From: Candidatus Micrarchaeota archaeon
GTDB taxonomy: Archaea; Micrarchaeota; Micrarchaeia; Micrarchaeales; CABMGC01
Assembly (NCBI GenBank): GCA_021817305.1
Contig: JAKAVL010000022.1
Location: forward strand, 3,365-41,074
Direction of reading: 5' to 3'
Length of the DNA: 37,710 nucleotides
Positions within the stretch are counted from its first letter, which is position 1, and every line of letters starts with the position of its first letter. A program made the position numbers and the translations under genes. Positions 9,348-17,572 of this stretch are shown piece after piece. The notes beneath the pieces were generated by a model that was not told the origin of the DNA, ran no database searches, and was given only the letters and a program-made list of their open reading frames with translations.

Positions 9348-9626
9348 ATGATCAACTCCACAATCTCGATAAACCTGGGCTCCCCTGCTGACTACGCAAA
9401 GGTGGTCGGCAGCAGGCTCTCGTACTCGAATTCCGAGGCGCATCTTCGCGCAAAGGAAAACGTGCTGGAGATAAGCTTCTCCGCAGACGACGCGAAGTCT
9501 CTGCTGGCTGCGATGGGAAGCGTGATGCGCCAGCTCACAGTGGTCAACAATGCCCTCGAGTTCGCAGGACAACGTATAAATACCAAGAACAGTGAAAAGA
9601 GCAGGAACGGCAAGAAGGTAGTATAA
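9348..9626 (+). CDS. pcc1: KEOPS subunit Pcc1-like protein
   Basis: 92 aa. The pattern STISINLGSPADYAKVV...ENVLEISFSADDAKSLLAAMGSVMRQLTVVNNALEF matches archaeal Pcc1 (for example, as I recall it, the Pyrococcus ...ILDIKATDSSALRGTVNSYLRWIKAA...). The stop overlaps the rpl3 ATG (TAATG). Confidence 0.6.
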   Translation: MINSTISINLGSPADYAKVVGSRLSYSNSEAHLRAKENVLEISFSADDAKSLLAAMGSVMRQLTVVNNALEFAGQRINTKNSEKSRNGKKVV

Positions 9627-10585
9627 TGAAGAAAGGATCAATGGAGTACTGGCCGCACAGGCGCGCAAAGAGGCTGATGCCCAGAGTGCGCAACACCCCC
9701 AACTCCACAAACAAGGAGACCCTCGGCATGGTGGCGTTCAAGGCGGGGATGACCCACGTCATGATGATAGACGACACCGATGGCCCAGCAAAGGGCACTG
9801 AGGTTGCGCGCGCAGTCACTGTTCTGGAAATACCAAAGGTAAGCGTTTACGGGATAAGGTTCTACAGCAAGGGCTATTCATCGTACAGGCACTCACTCGG
9901 CGAGGCATATGACACTGCTCTAGCGGCAAAGGTCGGCATCAAGTCGGTGAAGAAGAACGACCTGGCGGGATTGAAGGGAATGTCAGACAAACTAGACGAC
10001 GCAACAGCACTGGCGTTCCTAGATGCATCAGTCCTCGGCTTTGGCAGCAAGCGCATAATGCGCTTCGAGATGCCTGTCGGCGGAAAGGACGTGCAGGAGA
10101 AGATAGCATTCATAGAAGGCATGCTCGGCAAGGAAGCGAAAATAAGCGAGTTCATCAAGCCGGGCGATTACATAGACGTCACAAGCGTAAGCAAGGGCAA
10201 GGGCTGGGCTGGAATAATCAAGAGGTTCGGTGCAGCAAGGCGCTACAGGAAGTCAACAGGAAAGATACGCCACATAGGAACCCTTGGGGCATGGCACCCC
10301 CCTAAGGTGCTCTTCGGAGTACTTCAGGCAGGCCATCTGGGCTACAACTACCGTACCGATATAAACAAGCGCGTGCTCAAGATAGGGAGCAACGCCGACG
10401 TGAATGCGGTGAACGTGAAGGGCGGCTTCCTGAACTACGGCCTGATAAAGAACGACTACATTCTTGTAGACGGCTCGATACCTGGGCCGGCGAAGCGCCT
10501 TGTCCGCATAAGGAAGTCGATAAGGAACAATTGGCCTGTCAAGCAGCCGCAGCTAAACTACATATCCTTGGCATCCAAGCAGTGA
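9626..10585 (+). CDS. rpl3: Ribosomal protein uL3
   Basis: 319 aa. WPHRRAKRLMPRVRN..., FKAGMTHV, KGKGWAGIIKRFG. Confidence 0.92.
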   Translation: MKKGSMEYWPHRRAKRLMPRVRNTPNSTNKETLGMVAFKAGMTHVMMIDDTDGPAKGTEVARAVTVLEIPKVSVYGIRFYSKGYSSYRHSLGEAYDTALAAKVGIKSVKKNDLAGLKGMSDKLDDATALAFLDASVLGFGSKRIMRFEMPVGGKDVQEKIAFIEGMLGKEAKISEFIKPGDYIDVTSVSKGKGWAGIIKRFGAARRYRKSTGKIRHIGTLGAWHPPKVLFGVLQAGHLGYNYRTDINKRVLKIGSNADVNAVNVKGGFLNYGLIKNDYILVDGSIPGPAKRLVRIRKSIRNNWPVKQPQLNYISLASKQ

Positions 10586-10590
10586 TATTC

Positions 10591-11388
10591 ATGGAAGTTG
10601 ACGTATATTCATTGGACGGAAAGGTCTCCGGAAAGGTGGCATTGCCATCTGCATTCTCGAAGGGCTTCAGGCCAGAGATAGTTCGCAGGGCAATACTCAG
10701 CGAGCAGAGCCAGGAATACCAGCCGCAGGGCCACAGCGTCATGGCAGGATTCAACACTACTGCGGTGTACGTAGGAAAATATTCAGGATACAGGCGCGGC
10801 AGGCACATGGGAATGTCCATCAGGCCGCGCCAGAAGCTCGGCGGCGGCGCAATGGGTGACGTACGCAGGGTGCCTTCGAGCGTCAAGGGACACAGGGCGC
10901 ATCCGCACAAGATAGAGAAGAGGATTACGGAGCAGATTAACAGGAAGGAATACCTTCTGGCCATAGAATCAGCGATATCCGGCGCAGCGAGCGCAGAGCT
11001 CGTGTTGAAGAAGCACGTCCTCGACAAGAAGGTTTTCCCACTCGTAGTGGACGACGGCATAGAGAAGGTCTCGAAGTCGAAGGAGCTCACAAAGGTCCTC
11101 GGCGCGCTGGGAGTGTCAAAGGACCTCGAGAAGTCGCACAAGCCTAGGCTCAGGAAGGGCACGGCGAGGCTCTCCTCAAAGAGGCACTTCAGGAACAGCG
11201 TGCTCATAGTCGCAAAGGACGCATCTTCGATAGGAAGGGCGGGGCGCAACATAGCGGGAGTGGACGTATGCGCCATAGACTCCCTGACGGTGTCGAAGCT
11301 GGCCCCCGGAGCGATTCCGAGGCTGATGCTGTGGAGCAAGTCCGCAGTCGAGGGCGTCGAGTCGGCCCTAAAGAAACAGGTATCATGA
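10591..11388 (+). CDS. rpl4: Ribosomal protein uL4
   Basis: Start at ATG 10591 (MEVDVYSLDGK...). Follows rpl3 in the conserved order. Confidence 0.9.
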   Translation: MEVDVYSLDGKVSGKVALPSAFSKGFRPEIVRRAILSEQSQEYQPQGHSVMAGFNTTAVYVGKYSGYRRGRHMGMSIRPRQKLGGGAMGDVRRVPSSVKGHRAHPHKIEKRITEQINRKEYLLAIESAISGAASAELVLKKHVLDKKVFPLVVDDGIEKVSKSKELTKVLGALGVSKDLEKSHKPRLRKGTARLSSKRHFRNSVLIVAKDASSIGRAGRNIAGVDVCAIDSLTVSKLAPGAIPRLMLWSKSAVEGVESALKKQVS

Positions 11389-11642
11389 TGGAAAATGTCC
11401 TCCAGTACCCAGTAGCTACGGAAAAGGCCCTGAACCTGACAGAGTCAGGCAACACGATAATATACATAGTGAGCAAGAACGCAGACAAGAAGTCCATAAG
11501 GGGCGAATTCGAGAACACGTTCAAGGTGAAGGTCGACAGGGTGAACACGGTCATCGGCCCGGACAACAGGAAGCGGGCCTACATAAGGCTGAAGAAGGAG
11601 TTTCCGGCCAGCGACATAGCAAAGAAGCTCAAGCTTGTATGA
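11385..11642 (+). CDS. rpl23: Ribosomal protein uL23
   Basis: MMENVLQYPVATEKAL... The ATG overlaps the rpl4 stop (ATGA). Confidence 0.9.
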   Translation: MMENVLQYPVATEKALNLTESGNTIIYIVSKNADKKSIRGEFENTFKVKVDRVNTVIGPDNRKRAYIRLKKEFPASDIAKKLKLV

Positions 11643-11651
11643 TGTGATAAA

Positions 11652-12362
11652 ATGGGAAAGAGACTTAAGCAGCAGAGGCGCGGAAAGGGCAGCAACGCCT
11701 ACACGAAGCCTCCTAACCACTTCAAGGCGGACGTCATGTTCGTGAACAGACCCGGGAAGATGACTGGCGAGGTCATAGAGTTCATAGACGATCCGGGACA
11801 CACTGCGCCGCTCATGCGCGTCAGGTACGATGATTACACCGAGAACACGCTCATTGCTCCTGAGGGCATAAAGATAGGCGACAGGATACACGAGGGCAAG
11901 GGATCAGAGATCACGCTAGGAAGCGTGCTCCAGCTCGGCGACATACCGGATGGAATGCCCGTGTACAACATAGAGTCAAAGCCGGGCGACGGCGGCAAGC
12001 TTGCTAGGACAGCGGGCACGTACGCCACTGTCGCGGCACACGTTCAGAACAAGGTTACGGTTCTTATGCCTTCCAAGCACACCATGGACTTCAGTCCGGA
12101 ATGCAGGGCAGAAATAGGCGCAGTCGCCGGGGGAGGAGCAAAGGCAAGGCCCATAATGAAGGCCGGAAGGAACTTCTACATAAAGCACGCGGTCAACAGG
12201 ACATGGCCTACGAACCGCGGAGTCAAGTCAAACCCTGTGGACCACCCATTCGGCGGAAAGCAGCACCACAAGGGGGCATCGAGCATGGTGTCCAGGAACG
12301 CGCCTCCTGGCGCAAAGGTCGGGCACATTGCCGCAAGCAGGGTAGGAAGAAGGAAGAGATGA
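11652..12362 (+). CDS. rpl2: Ribosomal protein uL2
   Basis: 236 aa. GKLARTAGTYATV, NPVDHPFGGKQHHKG. Confidence 0.93.
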   Translation: MGKRLKQQRRGKGSNAYTKPPNHFKADVMFVNRPGKMTGEVIEFIDDPGHTAPLMRVRYDDYTENTLIAPEGIKIGDRIHEGKGSEITLGSVLQLGDIPDGMPVYNIESKPGDGGKLARTAGTYATVAAHVQNKVTVLMPSKHTMDFSPECRAEIGAVAGGGAKARPIMKAGRNFYIKHAVNRTWPTNRGVKSNPVDHPFGGKQHHKGASSMVSRNAPPGAKVGHIAASRVGRRKR

Positions 12363-12366
12363 CATT

Positions 12367-12759
12367 ATGCCAAGAATATACACATTTAGAGGCAAGACCG
12401 CGGAAGAGATGAAGAATATCACGAAGGACCAGTACCTGGGCCTTATCACCTCGAGGCAGAGGCGTGCGATAAAGCGCATGAGCCTCGGCTACCGTGAGCT
12501 GCTTGCGAAGGTGGAGGAGGCTAAGAAGACAGGGTCCGACAAGCCCATACGCACTCATGTGCGCGAGGCAGTAATACTGCCTGACTGGCTTGGCAGGAGG
12601 TTCGCGGTTCACACGGGCAAGGAATACAAGGACATAGCGATAACAGAGGAGATGCTGGGCCACAGGCTCGGCGAGTACGCGTTCACAACGAAGCGCGTGC
12701 AGCATTCTGCTCCGGGCATAAGGGCCACGAGGGGCAGCAAGTTCCTTGCGGTGAAGTGA
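12367..12759 (+). CDS. rps19: Ribosomal protein uS19
   Basis: 130 aa. FAVHTGKEYKDI, GHRLGEYAFT. Confidence 0.92.
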   Translation: MPRIYTFRGKTAEEMKNITKDQYLGLITSRQRRAIKRMSLGYRELLAKVEEAKKTGSDKPIRTHVREAVILPDWLGRRFAVHTGKEYKDIAITEEMLGHRLGEYAFTTKRVQHSAPGIRATRGSKFLAVK

Positions 12760-13532
12760 TGGCTTACTCATTCAATCTCAAGATGGACAGGGCGAACATG
12801 GCATTCGCCATGCGCAGCGACGTGAACGCAAGCTACAAGGACCTGGGCGCCGTTTGCGATGCCATAAGGTACCTCAGGGCAGGCACCGCGCTCAAGTTCA
12901 TCGACAGAATCTCGAACATGGAGATCCCGATACCCTATAAGAAGCACAACAAGCACATGGGCGCAAGGCACGAGCTGCACGGGCGCAAGGGCGCATATCC
13001 CGTAAAGGCAGCGAAGGAGGTGCGCATCGCGCTCAAGAATGCTATAGCAAACGCAGCGAACAATGCGATGGACGGGGAGGAAATGGTAATCGTTCACGCG
13101 TGTGCAAACAAGACAATGATAATGCGCAGGTATCCTTCAAAGGGAAGCATATCCTGGGGCCGCGGAATGTACGGAAGATCGGCAACGATGCACAGCGACA
13201 TAGAGTACGCGAAGATAGAGATAGGCCTCGCATATGCGGATTCGAAGGGCCTGTCCGAAAACATGAAGCATTTCATCTCGAACAAGGGCTCAATCAGCAG
13301 GATAGTCGAGCGCATTTCAAAGGGCGCGCCAAGCAAGCCTGCAAAGGAAGCCAAGAAGGAGAAGAAGCAGGAAAAAAAGGAAAAGGCAGCCGATAAGCCT
13401 GTTACGGAGAAAAAGGCAGAGGCAGGGGCAAAGCCGCAGGCACAGGCGCAGAAGAAGGAAGAGCCGGCACCCGCAGCGAAGGAGAAGAAGGCAGAGCCTG
13501 AGAAAAACGCAGAGGCGAAGGAGCAGAAGTGA
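12759..13532 (+). CDS. rpl22: Ribosomal protein uL22 with a long Lys/Glu/Ala-rich C-terminal extension
   Basis: The uL22 core spans roughly the first 160 aa. About 70 low-complexity residues follow (PSKPAKEAKKEKKQEKKEK...KEKKAEPEKNAEAKEQK). The ATG overlaps the rps19 stop. Confidence 0.88.
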   Translation: MAYSFNLKMDRANMAFAMRSDVNASYKDLGAVCDAIRYLRAGTALKFIDRISNMEIPIPYKKHNKHMGARHELHGRKGAYPVKAAKEVRIALKNAIANAANNAMDGEEMVIVHACANKTMIMRRYPSKGSISWGRGMYGRSATMHSDIEYAKIEIGLAYADSKGLSENMKHFISNKGSISRIVERISKGAPSKPAKEAKKEKKQEKKEKAADKPVTEKKAEAGAKPQAQAQKKEEPAPAAKEKKAEPEKNAEAKEQK

Positions 13533-13536
13533 TTGA

Positions 13537-14328
13537 ATGGTAGTCGAGAGAAAGTTCATCCAGGACCTTATAATAAAGAGAAGCATATCCAAGTACATGG
13601 AAGATGCGCTCACGAGGGCGGGCTTCTCGAGGGTGGAGATACAGAAGACTCCTGTGATAACTAGGATAACCCCGTATGTCATGAACCCCGGCAGGGTCAT
13701 AGGCCGCGGAGGAGAGACCATAGACTCGCTGACCGATACTATGAAGAAGAAGTTCAAGCTCGACAACCCGCAGATAAGCGTTGCCGAAGTTGCAAATTCA
13801 AAGCTCGAGCCGAGGCTCGTCGCAAAATCCATAGCAAACGCGCTGGAGCGCGGCATAAATCCACGCCGCCTGATTCACACGGCCATAAAGGAGATAATGC
13901 AGAACGGCGCATTGGGCGCGGAGATAGTCGCAAAGGGCAAGCTCGCGTCGAAGGGCGCAAGGGCCAAGAAGATGAAAGTAAGGCTGGGCTACCTGCCTAA
14001 GTCCGGAAACTCATCCAAGCTCGTCGACATGGCGCAGATAGCCTCATATCCCAAGTACGGCGCGATAGGCGTTACTGTGCGTATAGTTCAGCCTGGCACT
14101 AAGTTCCCTGACCGCGAAGTCAAGAAGGTGGCGCTTCCGAAGAACATAGCCGCATCGACAATGAGGAGTCAGAGGCCGAGGACAGACGCTCCGAGGTCAT
14201 ATGCGCCTGCGGCCGCGCCTCAGGCAGCTGCACCTGCACCGGTGACAACCGTTCAGCCAGCCCAAGCGGCGCATCCAAAGCCCCAGGGAGAGCCTCAGGA
14301 TTCCCAGGAAAAGAAGCCCGAAGCGTAA
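13537..14328 (+). CDS. rps3: Ribosomal protein uS3 (KH domain) with an Ala/Pro/Gln-rich tail
   Basis: 263 aa. KH motif VIGRGGETI and the conserved order after rpl22. Confidence 0.92.
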   Translation: MVVERKFIQDLIIKRSISKYMEDALTRAGFSRVEIQKTPVITRITPYVMNPGRVIGRGGETIDSLTDTMKKKFKLDNPQISVAEVANSKLEPRLVAKSIANALERGINPRRLIHTAIKEIMQNGALGAEIVAKGKLASKGARAKKMKVRLGYLPKSGNSSKLVDMAQIASYPKYGAIGVTVRIVQPGTKFPDREVKKVALPKNIAASTMRSQRPRTDAPRSYAPAAAPQAAAPAPVTTVQPAQAAHPKPQGEPQDSQEKKPEA

Positions 14329-14330
14329 TT

Positions 14331-14771
14331 CTAGAATCCGAATTCGCTGTATAGTTGCTTATCCTTTATTTTTTTCAACGCATGTCTCAGCAGCGGCGCC
14401 GTATTCCGCGGAAGCCTGCCCAGATCAAACCACTTTATCCCGGAGCATTTATCGGGCTCCATGTTCCTCGGTTTGCCATCCCATTTGCGTGCCTCGAAGA
14501 ACACCACAACGTAATCGCCTTCCTTTCCAATGCCGTCTGTTTTGTGCAATACATGCACGGCCTTCAGGTTCTTTACGGCTATAAATATCCCCACCTCCTC
14601 CCTCGCCTCGCGCACTGCGGCCTCCCTGAGGGTTTCTCCAGGCTCCAGGTGTCCCGAGACAACGGCATAATTTCCGTCGTTCCAGCCCGTGCCTTTGCGC
14701 TTTGTCATGAGTATTCTCCTGCCTTTTCTGAGGATGAGCCAGGAGCCGGTCTTCACGCTGAATCTCTTCAT
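14331..14771 (-). CDS. NUDIX hydrolase
   Basis: Nudix box GHLEPGETLREAAVREAREEVGI. Start set at ATG 14771 because the upstream part of the 216-aa ORF overlaps rpl29 and its promoter. Confidence 0.85.
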   Translation of the reverse strand: MKRFSVKTGSWLILRKGRRILMTKRKGTGWNDGNYAVVSGHLEPGETLREAAVREAREEVGIFIAVKNLKAVHVLHKTDGIGKEGDYVVVFFEARKWDGKPRNMEPDKCSGIKWFDLGRLPRNTAPLLRHALKKIKDKQLYSEFGF

Positions 14772-14799
14772 ACAACCATGGAGACGTTGCAAAATAAGG

Positions 14800-14809
14800 C
14801 TTATATATC
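14800..14809. promoter_or_regulatory. Palindromic TATA element (cttatatatc) between divergent NUDIX and rpl29 starts
   Basis: It lies ~28 nt upstream of the rpl29 ATG (14830) and ~37 nt upstream of the NUDIX ATG (14771) on the other strand. The intergenic space is only 58 nt. Confidence 0.45.
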
Positions 14810-14829
14810 TTCTCTGCGTATATAATAGC

Positions 14830-15027
14830 ATGAAGATAAAAGACCTAAGGTCACTCTCAAGTGAGGCGCTCAAGGCCAAGCTCTCCGAGCTCCGCCTCGA
14901 GTCCGGGATAGAGAGGCGCAAGATAGCCTCTACCGGAGTGGCGAGCAAGCAGGTAAAGATAGGCGAGATCAAGCGCACCATAGCACAGATACTTACTCTT
15001 CTTAACGAAAGAGGTGCGGCAACCTAA
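14830..15027 (+). CDS. rpl29: Ribosomal protein uL29
   Basis: 65 aa. MKIKDLRSLSSEALKAKLSELRLE... Confidence 0.88.
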   Translation: MKIKDLRSLSSEALKAKLSELRLESGIERRKIASTGVASKQVKIGEIKRTIAQILTLLNERGAAT

Positions 15028-15332
15028 TGCCTGACATTTGCCCCAAGTGCGGTCTCCCCAAGGAGATATGCGTATGCGACGTCCTTAGCAAGGAAACAAA
15101 CAGGCGCATAAAGATATACACGGAGAAGAAGAAGTTCAGGAAGTACATGACCGTGGTGTCGGGCCTGGAGGGCGACGACATGGACAAGACGGCGAAGGAG
15201 CTCAAGCGCATCCTCGCATGCGGCGGAACCTCGAAGAACGGAATCATAGAGCTTCAGGGAGAGCACAAGGACCAGGTCAAGAAGGCGCTTCTGAGCCTCG
15301 GCTATCCGGAAGAAAGCGTCGACGTGGCGTGA
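15027..15332 (+). CDS. sui1: Translation initiation factor aSUI1 (eIF1 homologue)
   Basis: 101 aa. N-terminal CPKCG...CVC zinc knuckle followed by the SUI1 fold (RKYMTVVSGL..., ACGGTSKNGIIELQGEH). The ATG overlaps the rpl29 stop (TAATG). Confidence 0.88.
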   Translation: MPDICPKCGLPKEICVCDVLSKETNRRIKIYTEKKKFRKYMTVVSGLEGDDMDKTAKELKRILACGGTSKNGIIELQGEHKDQVKKALLSLGYPEESVDVA

Positions 15333-15982
15333 TTCCTCTCCGTGCTGCTAGGGCAAATGTCCTTCAGCACGCATCTTCCGCAAAACTTTGTCCTAGCCGT
15401 GCACGTGTCGCGGCCAAGAGCTATGAGCAGATTGGATATTATCTTCCAGTCCCTCTTCGGAACCTTCCTCATCAGGTCAAGCTCTATCCTGTCCGCTGTC
15501 TTGTGCCGCGTGAGGCCGAGCCTCCTCGACACGGTTATGCAGTGGGTGTCTATCGCGATTCCATGCTCAGAGATGCCAAATCCCTCGTTGAGTATGACAT
15601 TAGCTACCTTCCTCCCCACGCCATGGAGCTCCATGAGCTGGTCGATGGTCCTTGGCACCTCGCCATCGAATCTTGACATGATCATCCGCGCCGCCTTCCT
15701 CAGGTTCCGCGCCTTTGTCTTGTAGTAATTGAGACCGCTCAGGTCGCGCTTCAATGCCCTCAGGTCAGCATTCGCATAGTCCTCAAAACCACTGTACTTC
15801 TTGAACAGGCTCTTCGTAACCACGTTGACCTGCTTATCGGAGCACTGCGGGGACAGGAGCACAGCAACGAACAGCTCGGTTATGTTCCTGTGCACTAGCT
15901 CGGTCTGCAGCTTGTCGCTGTATCTCCCAATGAGCCTGCGCATCACTTCGGAAACGTAGGCATCTTCTGAAGCTTTTCGCAT
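15302..15982 (-). CDS. nth: Endonuclease III (HhH-GPD DNA glycosylase with a 4Fe-4S cluster)
   Basis: HhH LMELHGVGRKVANVIL and C-terminal CX6CX2CX5C (CTARTKFCGRCVLKDIC). Start taken at MRKASEDAY. The 3' end overlaps sui1 by 31 nt (convergent). Confidence 0.85.
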   Translation of the reverse strand: MRKASEDAYVSEVMRRLIGRYSDKLQTELVHRNITELFVAVLLSPQCSDKQVNVVTKSLFKKYSGFEDYANADLRALKRDLSGLNYYKTKARNLRKAARMIMSRFDGEVPRTIDQLMELHGVGRKVANVILNEGFGISEHGIAIDTHCITVSRRLGLTRHKTADRIELDLMRKVPKRDWKIISNLLIALGRDTCTARTKFCGRCVLKDICPSSTERNHATSTLSSG

Positions 15983-16002
15983 GCATACCGTGTACCTTTC
16001 AC

Positions 16003-17571
16003 ATGTCATGTATAAAAACAGAACCGCTCCGGGCATGTATTTATACTTATTCTTGGCTAATTACTAACAGTGTTTCCTTGTCAAAGAGAAGGACATTGTA
16101 TTTGGTAGGCATAGATTCGGCTCCCCTCCAGATAACGGCAGAACTGTCAAGGAAGAACGGTATGAAGGGCTTCGAAAAGATAATCAAAAATGGCACGTAT
16201 GCGGCCCTCGAGTCAACGCTTCCGCCGATAACGGCAGCGGCGTGGCCGACGATCTACACGGGCCTAAGTCCTGCAGCGCACGGAGTGATGAACTTCTTCT
16301 CACTTGACAAGGAGTACAACAAGCAGCTCACGTTCTACGATACGCAAAAGCACCCGCCGTTCTGGGACGTGCTCGCCAAGCACGGAAAGCGCAGCCTGGT
16401 CATAACTCCCGCCATGGTCGTCGAGCCTTCAAGGAGCGAAAACGTAGACATGATAACGGGCTTCCCGCTCAAGCCGAAGTTCAGCTCAAGAAGCATCGAG
16501 GAAGCGGCGGGCAAGTTCCAGTTCGCAGGAGAGCCTGAGATAGAGCAGGGCCTCAAGGAGGGAAGGATAAGCTTCGAGGATGCAACCCGCAGCTATGTGG
16601 AGAGCATACGCAAGCGCGCAGAAGTAAGCGCATACTTGTTGGAAAGGAAGCAATACGATCTTGTGCTCGTGTGCTTCACCGAAACGGACCGGATACAGCA
16701 TTATGCCCTAAGCCTGAAGAACTGGGAAGAACTCATCTCGCCTTTGTATGCGGAGATATCTAAGTTCATCGAGCGCATAACAAGCAACGCGGAGAAAAGC
16801 GGCGAGGACTTCGCCATAATGATAGTGTCAGACCACGGCGCACAGCCGATAAGGAAGAAGATACTGCTCAACAGCTGGCTAATAAAGAACGGCTACGCCT
16901 CACTCGGCTCGATAATAACCAAGAACGGCCTCAAGGTAGACACCTCGCAGTCCAGGCGCCTTGCCTCTGCAGAGGGGCTTCGCGAGGAGAGGTACTACGA
17001 GCAGCTGCGCATTTCATCGAAGTCGCCGGTCACCCGCTTTATATGTGCAAGCGAGGTCGAGACGAGCTACGAGGACTCGTTCTACAAGAGATCATTCGAC
17101 ATGAAGAACACGAAGGCGTTCGCATCGCTCTCTAACAATCCCGTGAGCAGCATATGGGCAAACGACGGCAGGTTCACCGAGCCCGGAATAAGCGATGGCT
17201 CAAAGAAAAGGACCGTAGACGAGATAAGCAAGAAGCTCAAAGAGCTCAGGGACGGAGACGTGAAAGTCATATCACGAATATCCATGGGCAAGGCGTACTA
17301 CGGCGATACGAGCCTCTTCATAGCCCCGGACCTGATCGTAGAGGCGAGCGACGGCTACACCATTGATGTGTTCAACCACTCGGAGGAGAGCGTGTTTGCT
17401 GAGCCAGAGCCTGCGCGCAGCGGGGACCACACGCGCGAGGGCGTCATGGGCTTCTATTCCAATTCGTCTTCCCTCGACTCGGAGAACCTCAGCGTGCTCG
17501 ACGTCTCGCCAATGGTACTAAGCTATCTGGGAATCAAGGGCCACGTCAGCAAGCTGAAACCAGGCGCATAG
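16003..17571 (+). CDS. Alkaline-phosphatase superfamily enzyme, nucleotide pyrophosphatase/phosphodiesterase (NPP)-like; start uncertain
   Basis: LVGIDSAP, TLPPITAAAWPTIYTGLSPAAHGV (Thr nucleophile region), IMIVSDHG. ATG 16003 leaves only 20 nt to the divergent nth start, so an in-frame TTG at 16078 is a plausible true start. Confidence 0.75.
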   Translation: MSCIKTEPLRACIYTYSWLITNSVSLSKRRTLYLVGIDSAPLQITAELSRKNGMKGFEKIIKNGTYAALESTLPPITAAAWPTIYTGLSPAAHGVMNFFSLDKEYNKQLTFYDTQKHPPFWDVLAKHGKRSLVITPAMVVEPSRSENVDMITGFPLKPKFSSRSIEEAAGKFQFAGEPEIEQGLKEGRISFEDATRSYVESIRKRAEVSAYLLERKQYDLVLVCFTETDRIQHYALSLKNWEELISPLYAEISKFIERITSNAEKSGEDFAIMIVSDHGAQPIRKKILLNSWLIKNGYASLGSIITKNGLKVDTSQSRRLASAEGLREERYYEQLRISSKSPVTRFICASEVETSYEDSFYKRSFDMKNTKAFASLSNNPVSSIWANDGRFTEPGISDGSKKRTVDEISKKLKELRDGDVKVISRISMGKAYYGDTSLFIAPDLIVEASDGYTIDVFNHSEESVFAEPEPARSGDHTREGVMGFYSNSSSLDSENLSVLDVSPMVLSYLGIKGHVSKLKPGA

Positions 17572-17572
17572 C

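Noticed and set aside
10539-11339. Long antisense ORFs opposite rpl4 (10539-11339), the phosphohexomutase (17953-18903), cysN (23036-23851), the rps8e-downstream genes (34236-34868) and rpl22/rps3 (13317-13856).
   Set aside because: Each is fully shadowed by a gene with clear family motifs on the other strand. Their translations are low complexity (Ser/Leu/Pro-rich).
13320-13529. The KEKK/AKE-rich segment, considered as a tandem DNA repeat or inserted element.
   Set aside because: It stays in frame with rpl22 and has no exact nucleotide repeat unit. It is treated as a low-complexity protein extension instead.
14772-14981. 70-codon N-terminal extension of the NUDIX ORF (216-aa version).
   Set aside because: It would overlap the rpl29 coding sequence and promoter. 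The Nudix fold is complete from Met at 14771.
16003-16077. ATG 16003 as the start of the NPP-family gene.
   Set aside because: It leaves only 20 nt to the divergent nth start, and the first 25 residues are not family-like. It is kept as the outer bound, but the TTG at 16078 is more plausible.
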